This document shows positions 12,237-20,840 of a DNA stretch of 54,489 bases, one piece after another. A program made the position numbers and the translations under genes. This stretch comes from an uncultured Clostridia bacterium (GTDB taxonomy: Bacteria; Bacillota; Clostridia; TANB77; CAG-508): positions 1-54,489 of the forward strand of contig CANQTK010000006.1 in the NCBI GenBank assembly GCA_947626735.1, given 5' to 3'. Numbering within the stretch: the first letter of the stretch is position 1; every line of letters starts with the position of its first letter. The notes under the pieces are model-generated. The model searched no databases. It was not told the DNA's origin and saw only the letters and a program-made list of their open reading frames with translations.

Positions 12237-13661
12237 ATGAAAGGTAGAGCAAAAATAGGAATGATTATGGTTGTTATTATTTTATTAATAATAGCACTCG
12301 CAATAGGAGGATATTTTGTTTATGCGAAAACAGACTTATTACAGTCCAATCAAACTCTATTTGTAAAATATTTAGGACAAGCTCTTAATGATATAAATTA
12401 TGTAGAAAATACGCAAATGACAGAAATAGAAGACTTAAAAGAAGAAATGCCTTATACTGTGCAAGGAACTTTGTCTTGTGAAACAGAAGGAGATACAAGT
12501 GAAAATGCTACTATTTTATCGAATATGAAAGTAAATGTGCAAGCAAGTGTCAATAAGCCAGAAGAAAAAGCATATGCAACGACAACAGTACGTTATCAAG
12601 ATCAAGATTTGTTTACCTTAGAATATGCCAATACAAACAATATACATGCTTTAAAATCAGATGAAATTGTCACAGCGTTTGTTGGAATAGAAAATGAAAA
12701 TTTAAAAGTATTCATGCAAAAATTAGGTATGATAGATACTTCTACAATACCAAATACGATTTATCCTATGAATTTAAATAGTATCTTTTCTATTACGGAA
12801 GAAGAAAGAGCCCATATATTAGATACGTATTCTTCTGTATTAATGCAAAACATTGCACAAGAAAAATTTTCCAAAGATGGCAATTTAACCATTCGTAAAG
12901 AAGACGTTAATTATGTAGCAACAGCATATCGTTTAACATTAAATGAACAAGAATTAAAAGAAATTAAAATCGCTTTATTAAAAGAATTGCAACAAGATAG
13001 TATTACCTTAAACCTTCTTACCACAAAAGCAAAATTATTAGGATTAGACGAAAATTACACGCAAGTTAACAAGTTAACACAAGAAATTCAAAAACAAATC
13101 AATGCTCTTCAAAATAGTAACGCAACTACAAACGAAGCTATTAATATTGCTATTTACGTAAAATCAGGGCAAGTTCTTACCACAGAAATCATTTTTGAAA
13201 ATGAAATAAAATATACCATTTATGGTCAAACACAAGAAAATAGCACAACACGTTATTTAGCCATAGAAAATTTAAATGTAGAGGCAGAATATGACACCAT
13301 TGAAATTCACGAAGAAGAAACAAGAAGTGAAACAGAATCCACTACGTATATTACGGTTAATATTGATGATACTACACAATTGGACGTAGCAATAACGAAT
13401 CATGGTAGTGTTGAAGAACAATTTCTAGAAACAACTTATGAAGTAAATTTAAATCAAAATGAAGTAAGCTTAGGAATTTTATATGAACAAGACACAACAT
13501 TTGAAGAAGAAAATCAAGACATATTAGAAGTAGATAGAACGAATTGTGCCGTATTAAACGATTATCCAACAGACCAGGTGCAAATGTTATGGCAAAGTAT
13601 TATACAAAGAATCAATACAGTTTTGCAAGAGAAAAAACAATTAATTGGTTGGAAAGATTAA
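12237..13661 (+). CDS. Membrane-anchored extracellular hypothetical protein
   Basis: AAAGGAGG RBS, single N-terminal TM helix, long acidic ectodomain. Confidence 0.75.
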   Translation: MKGRAKIGMIMVVIILLIIALAIGGYFVYAKTDLLQSNQTLFVKYLGQALNDINYVENTQMTEIEDLKEEMPYTVQGTLSCETEGDTSENATILSNMKVNVQASVNKPEEKAYATTTVRYQDQDLFTLEYANTNNIHALKSDEIVTAFVGIENENLKVFMQKLGMIDTSTIPNTIYPMNLNSIFSITEEERAHILDTYSSVLMQNIAQEKFSKDGNLTIRKEDVNYVATAYRLTLNEQELKEIKIALLKELQQDSITLNLLTTKAKLLGLDENYTQVNKLTQEIQKQINALQNSNATTNEAINIAIYVKSGQVLTTEIIFENEIKYTIYGQTQENSTTRYLAIENLNVEAEYDTIEIHEEETRSETESTTYITVNIDDTTQLDVAITNHGSVEEQFLETTYEVNLNQNEVSLGILYEQDTTFEEENQDILEVDRTNCAVLNDYPTDQVQMLWQSIIQRINTVLQEKKQLIGWKD

Positions 13662-13665
13662 CCTA

Positions 13666-13693
13666 TTGACGAATCAAAAAAAAGTGTTATAAT
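13666..13693 (+). promoter_or_regulatory. Sigma-A promoter of the thrS leader
   Basis: TTGACG-N16-TATAAT with an extended -10 TG. Confidence 0.7.
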
Positions 13694-13711
13694 AAGAGTA
13701 TGGTAAATAAG

Positions 13712-13945
13712 AAAAACAAAAATGAGACAAAGTAAAATAAAGGTTACTTAGCAGAGAGAGTTTGTTGTAAGCTGAAAGCAAACTTAAGCAAACATATTTG
13801 AAAAACTACCTCATTGTTTCTAGTAAAAAACTAGACGTAGGCGATTTGCGTTAAAAGCAGAAATGAAGTTAAAAAATAGGGTGGAACCGTGTAAAATAAA
13901 GCACCCCTAGGTACGAAAGTAAAAGTACTTAGGAGTGCTTTTATG
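13712..13945 (+). ncRNA. T-box riboswitch (Thr)
   Basis: AGAGA/GCTGAAA stem I motifs, ACT/ACC specifier near 13805, T-box AATAGGGTGGAACCGTG near 13876-13892, then a terminator hairpin; lies upstream of thrS. Confidence 0.88.
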
Positions 13946-14033
13946 TTGCAACATTAGGTAAAAAACTGTAGTAAAATAAAAAAGTGTGGTAAGAAAGAAT
14001 AACACTTTCACACTATAAAAGGAGGAATTTTAG

Positions 14034-15803
14034 ATGTTTAAAATCAAATTAGACGGTGGAAAAACCATGGAAGTAGAGGAGAAAATGTATTGGCATACCA
14101 CTTCTCACATTTTAGCTCAAGCGGTAAAAAGGTTATTCCCAAGTTACAAATTAACCATAGGACCAGCTATTGAAAATGGTTTCTATTATGATTTTGATGT
14201 AGAAAAACCATTTACAGAGGAAGAACTTAGCAAATTAGAAGAAGAAATGAAAAACATTATCAAAGAAGATTTACCAATTGAAAGATTTGAACTTCCAAGA
14301 CAAGAAGCAATTAAACTTATGGAGGAAAGAAAAGAACCTTATAAAGTAGAATTAATTAGAGATTTACCAGAAGGAGAAATTATTTCTTTCTATAAACAAG
14401 GAGAATTTGTAGATTTATGCCGTGGTCCTCATCTTCCAAGCACAGGAAAAGTAAAAGCAATTAAATTAACTTCTATGTCATCTGCTTATTGGAGAGGAGA
14501 TTCAAAAAATAAAGCACTTCAAAGAGTGTATGGAATTTCATTCCCAAAAGCTAGTGAACTTGAAGAATATTTACAAAAACTAGAGGAAGCAAAACAAAGA
14601 GACCACAGAAAACTAGGAAAAGAACTAGGAATTTTCATGACCAATGATTTAGTAGGAAAAGGACTTCCTATGTACTTACCAAATGGTTATATTATTTGGG
14701 AATTATTAGAAAATTATATTAAAGGAAAAGAAAAGAAACTTGGCTATAAGCACGTTCTAACTCCACCACTTGCTACCGTAGATTTATATAAAACTTCAGG
14801 ACATTGGGACCATTATAAAGATGGCATGTTTCCTAAAATGGAGGTAGAAGGAGAAGAATTTGTACTTCGCCCAATGAATTGCCCACATCACATGATGATT
14901 TATGCCAATGACATTCACTCTTATCGTGACCTTCCTATTCGTATTGGAGAAGTTGCAAGAGATTGTAGATTTGAAGCAAGTGGAACTTTAAAAGGAATTG
15001 AAAGAGTAAGAACTTTTTGTCAAAATGATGCTCACTTATTTGTTACACCAGAACAAATTGAATCCGAATTTAAAGCAGTGGTAGATTTAATTTTAGAAGT
15101 ATACAAAGAACTAAATATTACCGATTATCATTTTGAATTATCCCTAAGAGACCCAGCAGATAAAGTAAAATACTTTCCAGATGATGACATGTGGAACCAT
15201 GCAGAAGATACACTAAGACAAGTATTAAAAGATATTGGTATTGACTATGTAGAAAAAATAGGGGAAGCGGCCTTCTATGGACCAAAATTAGATGTACAAG
15301 TAAAACCAGCCGTAGGAAATGAATATACGTTATCTACATGCCAATTAGACTTCTGTCTTCCAATGAAATTTAATCTTTCCTATGTAGATAAAGATGGAGA
15401 AAAGAAAACACCAGTGGTACTTCATAGAGCAATTTTAGGAAGTATTGATCGTTTTATTGCTTACTATTTAGAAGAAACGAAAGGAGCTTTACCAGTATGG
15501 CTTTCACCAGTGCAAGTAAAAATATTACCAATTACCGATAAACAAATGGATTATGCAAAAGAAGTAACAGAAAAATTAACAGAAAGCGGAATTCGTGCAG
15601 AATTAGACCAAAGACAAGAAAAAATTGGCTACAAAATTCGTTCTGCACAAGTAGAAAAAGTGCCTTATATGTTAATTATAGGAGAGAAAGAAATAGAAGC
15701 AAAAGCAGTAGCTGTAAGAGCAAGAAAAGAAGGCGATATAGGACAAATGCCAGTTGACCAATTTATGTCTTATGTGCAAGAAAAAATAGAAAATAAACAC
15801 TAG
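14034..15803 (+). CDS. thrS: Threonyl-tRNA synthetase with a shortened N-terminus
   Basis: HTTSHILAQA, DLCRGPH, RDHRKLGKEL, RPMNCPHH and AAFYGPKLD motifs. Confidence 0.97.
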   Translation: MFKIKLDGGKTMEVEEKMYWHTTSHILAQAVKRLFPSYKLTIGPAIENGFYYDFDVEKPFTEEELSKLEEEMKNIIKEDLPIERFELPRQEAIKLMEERKEPYKVELIRDLPEGEIISFYKQGEFVDLCRGPHLPSTGKVKAIKLTSMSSAYWRGDSKNKALQRVYGISFPKASELEEYLQKLEEAKQRDHRKLGKELGIFMTNDLVGKGLPMYLPNGYIIWELLENYIKGKEKKLGYKHVLTPPLATVDLYKTSGHWDHYKDGMFPKMEVEGEEFVLRPMNCPHHMMIYANDIHSYRDLPIRIGEVARDCRFEASGTLKGIERVRTFCQNDAHLFVTPEQIESEFKAVVDLILEVYKELNITDYHFELSLRDPADKVKYFPDDDMWNHAEDTLRQVLKDIGIDYVEKIGEAAFYGPKLDVQVKPAVGNEYTLSTCQLDFCLPMKFNLSYVDKDGEKKTPVVLHRAILGSIDRFIAYYLEETKGALPVWLSPVQVKILPITDKQMDYAKEVTEKLTESGIRAELDQRQEKIGYKIRSAQVEKVPYMLIIGEKEIEAKAVAVRARKEGDIGQMPVDQFMSYVQEKIENKH

Positions 15804-15849
15804 GGACGCCCCTTTTCGTTTCATTTTGGAACGGTGGGGACACCCTTTT
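15796..15849. repeat. GGGAC REP-like repeat, copy 2 (contains the thrS stop codon)
   Basis: Near-identical to 8219-8272; the TAG at 15801-15803 lies inside the repeat. Confidence 0.85.
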
Positions 15850-15852
15850 ATA

Positions 15853-15900
15853 AAAATACTTCTTTATGATAGAGAAAGATGAATCATAAAGAAGTATTTT
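15853..15900 (+). terminator. Intrinsic terminator after thrS
   Basis: AAAATACTTCTTTATGAT...ATCATAAAGAAGTATTTT inverted repeat followed by T residues. Confidence 0.7.
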
Positions 15901-16046
15901 TATGTGCTTTTAAAAAAAATGAAGTAATTTTGCAGAAAAAATTATGTAAAAAAGTAAATAATAAAAACATGGTATTTTATTGTTCTAGCTTATTCAAATA
16001 GGTATAATGTAACAAAAAACAAAGGAAAATAAAAAGCAAAAAAAGC

Positions 16047-16075
16047 TTGACTAAGAAGTAAAGGAATAGTAAAAT
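16047..16075 (+). promoter_or_regulatory. Conserved promoter of the pilin-like genes, copy 1
   Basis: TTGACT-N17-TAAAAT; the same element occurs at 28384-28412 and 30115-30143. Confidence 0.65.
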
Positions 16076-16306
16076 AAAAACGTAAAAAAGTAATAACAAA
16101 TAAACATAATGTTAATTTCATAAAAAGAAAAATTGGTATAAAAAAGCAAAGAAAAAAGAAAACTAAAAAAGAAAGAAGAAAAAAATACTTTCGTGTTTAT
16201 AAATATAACATTCATCATAACAACAGAAAAAATTGAAAAGATAGTATAAAAATCAAGAAAAAAACAACACTAAAAAGAAACAAAAGAGAAGGAGGAAAAG
16301 AAAAAA

Positions 16307-18067
16307 GTGAAGAAAAACAAAAAGGAGAACAAAAACTTAGTCAATAGCAAAAACAATAGAATGAAGCATAACAAAGGAATTACGTTAGTGGCTTTAGTGA
16401 TAACCATTATTGTACTAATTATCTTAGCAGGAGTGAGTATTAATTTAGTATTAGGAGAAGACGGCGTTTTTAAAAAAGCAATTGAGTCAAAAGAGAAAAC
16501 AGAACAAGCAGCAATAAATGAGCAAACAATGCTAAATAGTGCATATGATAAAATGGAAGGCATGGGAGTACCAAGTGATGGCATATGGAATGAAAAAAAG
16601 AAAGTAAATACGCCAAGAATAGAAGGAACAGGGTTAACTCCAGTTACCATCAGTGAAGATGGAACAATTACAAAAGTAAATAATCCAGAGGAAGAGGATT
16701 GGTACGATTATACGAATAAAAAATGGGCTAATGCACAAAGTGCAGACGGAAGCTTATGGGTATGGATACCAAGATTTGCATATAATATAGAATATACAAA
16801 TGACACAGATAAGTCGCAAGGGGGAACCATCAATATAGAATTTTTAAAAGAAAGAACGAATGAAACAGCAAGTGGAGAAACAGCCATTACTAGTAGCGAC
16901 ACGAATAAAAAAACAAATGGAAATCAATATGTAATACATCCCGCTTTTCAAAATGGTTCAAGTACTGGTTTCCAAAATGGAGAATGGGATGAAGAAATAC
17001 CAGGTTTTTGGGTAGCAAAATTTGAAGCAGGGTATGTAGGAGAAGCGAATAAAATAGAAACAGCAAAGCAAACCAATATAGCATATACTACCATAAAAGG
17101 AATAACAGAAGATGGTATTTCTAGTAACAATTATTATTATGGAACAAAAACAGCCGAAACCAAAATGACTTATCCAACCTTCCAAGCGAATCGACCAAGT
17201 TATAATAATATTAGTATTAGTGATGCCTTTATATTATGCAGAAACTTAACTGCTAATGGAAACCCATATCATTTACAAAGAGTGGATAGCCATTTAATGA
17301 AAAATAGCGAATGGGGAGCTGTAGTTTATTTAGCGTGGAGTCAATATGGAAGAAATGGAACCGAAATTACCATCAATAATGTATCAGCAAATGGAACTAA
17401 TATGATTTATGCGGTAACCGGTTATGGAGGAGCAAGCGTAAGTGCAGGAGCAGTTATTGCAAGCTTAACAGATTTATTAGCTGGAACAGTAGTAGGAAAT
17501 TGGGCAACTCCACAAGGACAAAAAGCAAATACTACAGGAAATATAACGGGCGTATATGACATAAGTGGAGGAGTATGGGAAAGAACAACTGGATTGATAA
17601 GTAATGGAAATAGTAATTTATTAACCTATGGAAAGTCATTATTAGACAATACAAAAGTAATTTATACAGAAAGTGGAACCAAAAAAGTAACAGAAAATAC
17701 AGGTAATAGCACAAAATACGTAACTATCTACCCACACGATACAGAATATGATAAAAACGGAGTAAGCGGTATTACATTAGACACAGCAAGCCAAAAGAAC
17801 TTTATCAAAAATACAAGTATTTATGGAGATGCCATAAGAGAAACCACAGGAAGCAAAGCAGGAACAAGTGAAACTGACTGGAGCACAAACGCATGGAAAA
17901 ACGATTACGCTATCTTTCTAGGCTACACAGGTTCGTTTACGAGTCGTGGAGGTAGGTGGGTTGGCAGTACTCACGCAGGCGCGTTTGCATACGATCGTCG
18001 TGTTGGTGATTTGGACTTCATTTATGGATTTCGTGCGGTGCTTGTGCCTAATAACTCAGTTTGGTAA
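16307..18067 (+). CDS. Type IV pilin-like N-terminus fused to an FGE-sulfatase/C-type-lectin-fold domain; probable DGR target
   Basis: KG|ITLVALVITIIVLIILAGVSI prepilin-like helix; WVWIPRF, GFWVAKFEA, YDISGGVWE and RGG.W...GFR motifs. Confidence 0.8.
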   Translation: MKKNKKENKNLVNSKNNRMKHNKGITLVALVITIIVLIILAGVSINLVLGEDGVFKKAIESKEKTEQAAINEQTMLNSAYDKMEGMGVPSDGIWNEKKKVNTPRIEGTGLTPVTISEDGTITKVNNPEEEDWYDYTNKKWANAQSADGSLWVWIPRFAYNIEYTNDTDKSQGGTINIEFLKERTNETASGETAITSSDTNKKTNGNQYVIHPAFQNGSSTGFQNGEWDEEIPGFWVAKFEAGYVGEANKIETAKQTNIAYTTIKGITEDGISSNNYYYGTKTAETKMTYPTFQANRPSYNNISISDAFILCRNLTANGNPYHLQRVDSHLMKNSEWGAVVYLAWSQYGRNGTEITINNVSANGTNMIYAVTGYGGASVSAGAVIASLTDLLAGTVVGNWATPQGQKANTTGNITGVYDISGGVWERTTGLISNGNSNLLTYGKSLLDNTKVIYTESGTKKVTENTGNSTKYVTIYPHDTEYDKNGVSGITLDTASQKNFIKNTSIYGDAIRETTGSKAGTSETDWSTNAWKNDYAIFLGYTGSFTSRGGRWVGSTHAGAFAYDRRVGDLDFIYGFRAVLVPNNSVW

Positions 18068-18170
18068 AAAATATTTCTCAAAGTAGATATCTAAAAAAGG
18101 ATTGTCAATTTCCAAAAAAAGTAGTATAATAAAGCAGTAGTTGAAAACTTATTTTGAAAGGAGATACTAG

Positions 18171-18407
18171 ATGGTACAGGTAACAGTAAAACTGGTGGCA
18201 CGGGGGAAATATGAAGTAACCGTGACACAGGAGGGAAAAGAGCTCAAAGAAACCTATAAAGGAGAGCCTTGGAAAGATGATAGGCAGGCTTTTTTCAAAG
18301 AAGTGGTTTCCATGGTGAAATCATTTCAAAATCAGGGAGTATCTGTGGAAGAAGAACAGATTTCCAAAGCACTTTTGCAGGAAGCAGAAAAAGAATCAAG
18401 AGCTTAA
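18171..18407 (+). CDS. Orphan hypothetical protein (78 aa) with an in-frame CGG at codon 11
   Basis: GAAAGGAG RBS, own promoter (TTGTCA...TATAAT) and a downstream terminator. Confidence 0.65.
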   Translation: MVQVTVKLVARGKYEVTVTQEGKELKETYKGEPWKDDRQAFFKEVVSMVKSFQNQGVSVEEEQISKALLQEAEKESRA

Positions 18408-18447
18408 GTGCTGAGATTTTTGTGAAAGTAGTATCCTTAGTATCGTT

Positions 18448-18479
18448 CAAAAAGAATTGGAGAATTCCAATTCTTTTTG
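18448..18479 (+). terminator. Intrinsic terminator
   Basis: CAAAAAGAATTGGA-GAAT-TCCAATTCTTTTTG followed by T residues. Confidence 0.75.
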
Positions 18480-18543
18480 TTTTTCTATTGTTTGTTATCT
18501 TAAAATATGATATACTTTCATTGGAAAAAGAAAGGAAACCAAA

Positions 18544-18780
18544 ATGAGATTAGATAAATTTTTAAAAGTAGCCAAAGTCATCAAAAGGAGGACCGTAGCC
18601 AATGAAGCAGTAGGAGGTGGCAGAGTATCGGTCAATGGAAAAATTGTGAAACCAAGTTATGAAGTAAAAGTAGGAGATTTAGTAGAAATTAAATTTGGAG
18701 ATAAAATTGCAAAATTTGAAATTCTTCAAATTCCAAAAACACAAGGAAAACAAATAGGGGAAATCATAAAAGTAGTATAA
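18544..18780 (+). CDS. S4-domain Hsp15/YabO (RqcP)-like protein
   Basis: MRLDKFLKVAKVIKRRTVANE...KPSYEVKVGD. Confidence 0.9.
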   Translation: MRLDKFLKVAKVIKRRTVANEAVGGGRVSVNGKIVKPSYEVKVGDLVEIKFGDKIAKFEILQIPKTQGKQIGEIIKVV

Positions 18781-18813
18781 AAGAAATAAGATAAATTTTA
18801 GGAGATGAGGTAA

Positions 18814-20247
18814 ATGAAGGAACAATATGATGTCATTGTCATAGGAATGGGACCAGGAGCTATTTTTTTAGCCTATGAAATGCTTCAATTAGACAAAACA
18901 AAAAAAGTATTATTAATAGAGCAAGGAAAAAGAGTAGAACAAAGAAGCTGTCCTATTGAGAAAACAGGAAAATGTATGAAATGTAAGCCATTCTGTCATA
19001 TAACAAGTGGTTTCTCAGGAGCAGGTGCCTTTTCGGATGGTAAATTATCTCTTTATAATAAAGAAGATGACGATTTTTATGTAGGTGGAAATTTGCACAA
19101 ATATATTGGGGTAGAAGAAACGAAAAAATTAATTGACTATACTGACCAAATTTATTTGAATTTTGGTGCAGACCCAAAACTAGAAGGTACCCAGTATAAA
19201 AAAGAAGTAGAGCAAATGAAAGAGAAAGCAAAAAAAGAAGGTTTAACTTTAATTGATATTCCAATTCGTCATTTAGGAACAGAAAAAGCACATGAATTGT
19301 ATAAAAAATTAGAAGATTATTTAGAAGATAATAAAATAGAATTAAAGTTTGAAACCATCGTAGAGGACCTAATTATTGAAGATGGTGTGGCAAAAGGAGT
19401 AAAAGTAAAATCAGCAAAAACAGCACAAAGTCCAATAGAAGAAATCTATGGAAAAAATGTGATTGTAGCAGTAGGAAGAAAAGGGGCTAACTGGCTTGTT
19501 TCCATGTGCGAAAAACACCATATTCAAACAGAAGCAGGGATTGTCGATATTGGGGTAAGGTATGAGCTTCCAGATAAGGTCATGGAAAAAATTAATCGCT
19601 ATATGTATGAAGGAAAATTTATTGGGCGTCCAGGACCTTTTAAAGATAAAGTAAGAACTTTCTGTCAAAATCCAAGTGGCTTTGTATCTTCAGAAGTATA
19701 TGATAACAATTTAAGTTTAGTAAATGGTCATTCGTATAAAGATAAAAAAAGTACGAATACCAATTTAGCAATTTTAGTATCCCATCATTTTAATTATCCA
19801 TTTAAAAAACCAATTGAATATGGAAGAAATATTGCACAGAACCTCAATGAATTAGGAAATGGAAATATTGTAGTACAAAGGTTAGGGGATATCTACCGTG
19901 GAAAAAGAACTTGGGAAAAAGAATTAGAAACAAACAAGGTAGAACCAACACTAAAATCTGCCGTAGCAGGAGATATTACTTTTGCTTTAGGTTATCGAAC
20001 CATGACCGATATTTTACAATTTATAAGAGAATTAGATAAAGTTGTAGAAGGCTTTGCTAATCCAGAAAATTTATTGTATGCTCCAGAAATTAAATTTTAT
20101 AGTAATCAAGTGGTCATTGATGAAAATTTTGAAACCAACATTAAGGGATTGTATTCTATTGGTGATGGAGGAGGAATGACAAGAGGGCTTATGATGGCCT
20201 CTGCCTCTGGTGTACAAATGGCAAGAATATTAAATAAAAAGAAATAA
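18814..20247 (+). CDS. FAD/NAD(P)-dependent oxidoreductase
   Basis: Rossmann motif VIVIGMGPG; GAGAFSDGKL, RTFCQNP and GDGGGMTRGL motifs. Confidence 0.85.
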   Translation: MKEQYDVIVIGMGPGAIFLAYEMLQLDKTKKVLLIEQGKRVEQRSCPIEKTGKCMKCKPFCHITSGFSGAGAFSDGKLSLYNKEDDDFYVGGNLHKYIGVEETKKLIDYTDQIYLNFGADPKLEGTQYKKEVEQMKEKAKKEGLTLIDIPIRHLGTEKAHELYKKLEDYLEDNKIELKFETIVEDLIIEDGVAKGVKVKSAKTAQSPIEEIYGKNVIVAVGRKGANWLVSMCEKHHIQTEAGIVDIGVRYELPDKVMEKINRYMYEGKFIGRPGPFKDKVRTFCQNPSGFVSSEVYDNNLSLVNGHSYKDKKSTNTNLAILVSHHFNYPFKKPIEYGRNIAQNLNELGNGNIVVQRLGDIYRGKRTWEKELETNKVEPTLKSAVAGDITFALGYRTMTDILQFIRELDKVVEGFANPENLLYAPEIKFYSNQVVIDENFETNIKGLYSIGDGGGMTRGLMMASASGVQMARILNKKK

Positions 20248-20363
20248 GCATAAAAAAGAAATAAGCATAAAAAAGAAAAAGGTTGCAAATAAGGAAAAAA
20301 TAAGGTATAATAAGAACATCAAACAGTAGTATTCTTCATTTAAATAATTTTAAGGAGGAAAAA

Positions 20364-20618
20364 ATGAAAACAAAATGTATTCTTGCGTTTCTGTTAGGCA
20401 CAATATTTGGTATGGGTATTACCTATTTTTCTATACCGAAAAGCCGTAGAAAATTGAGCAAAAAAAGTAATCAAGAAGAAAATGACGACTTTTTAGAGGA
20501 TGAATTCTTCGATGAAGACATTGCTCAGGAATTCGAGAAAGAAAAGAAAGAAGAAAAGGAAAAAGATTCTCCCCATGTTACCATGGGAGAAGTTTTATAC
20601 CAATTTCTTATGAAGTAA
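20364..20618 (+). CDS. Small orphan protein with an N-terminal TM helix and acidic tail
   Basis: AAGGAGG RBS, upstream TTGCAA...TATAAT, downstream hairpin near 20629-20681. Confidence 0.65.
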   Translation: MKTKCILAFLLGTIFGMGITYFSIPKSRRKLSKKSNQEENDDFLEDEFFDEDIAQEFEKEKKEEKEKDSPHVTMGEVLYQFLMK

Positions 20619-20773
20619 AGAAAAGAGAAAAAAGAACCCTTTTTATTAGACAAAATAGCTTAATAAAGAGGGTTCTTTTTTATGGAAAAAATATTGAAAT
20701 AGAGAAAAAGTAGAGGAAGTTAAATATTATACAGGAATAAGAGCAATTCACACAAAATTTACAAGGCAAAGGG

Positions 20774-20803
20774 TTGACAAAACAGGCATAAATTACATAT
20801 AAT
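20774..20803 (+). promoter_or_regulatory. Sigma-A promoter of the ABC operon
   Basis: TTGACA-N18-TATAAT. Confidence 0.65.
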
Positions 20804-20840
20804 TTAATTTTAAGAGAGAAGAAAAAAGAGGAGAAACAAC

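Noticed and set aside
16307-18170. A complete DGR locus in this window
   Set aside because: No reverse transcriptase, accessory gene or template repeat is visible; only a candidate variable region.
20238-20277. 17-bp tandem duplication at the oxidoreductase stop (AAAGAAATAAGCATAAA twice)
   Set aside because: A simple local slippage duplication in A-rich DNA with no functional evidence.
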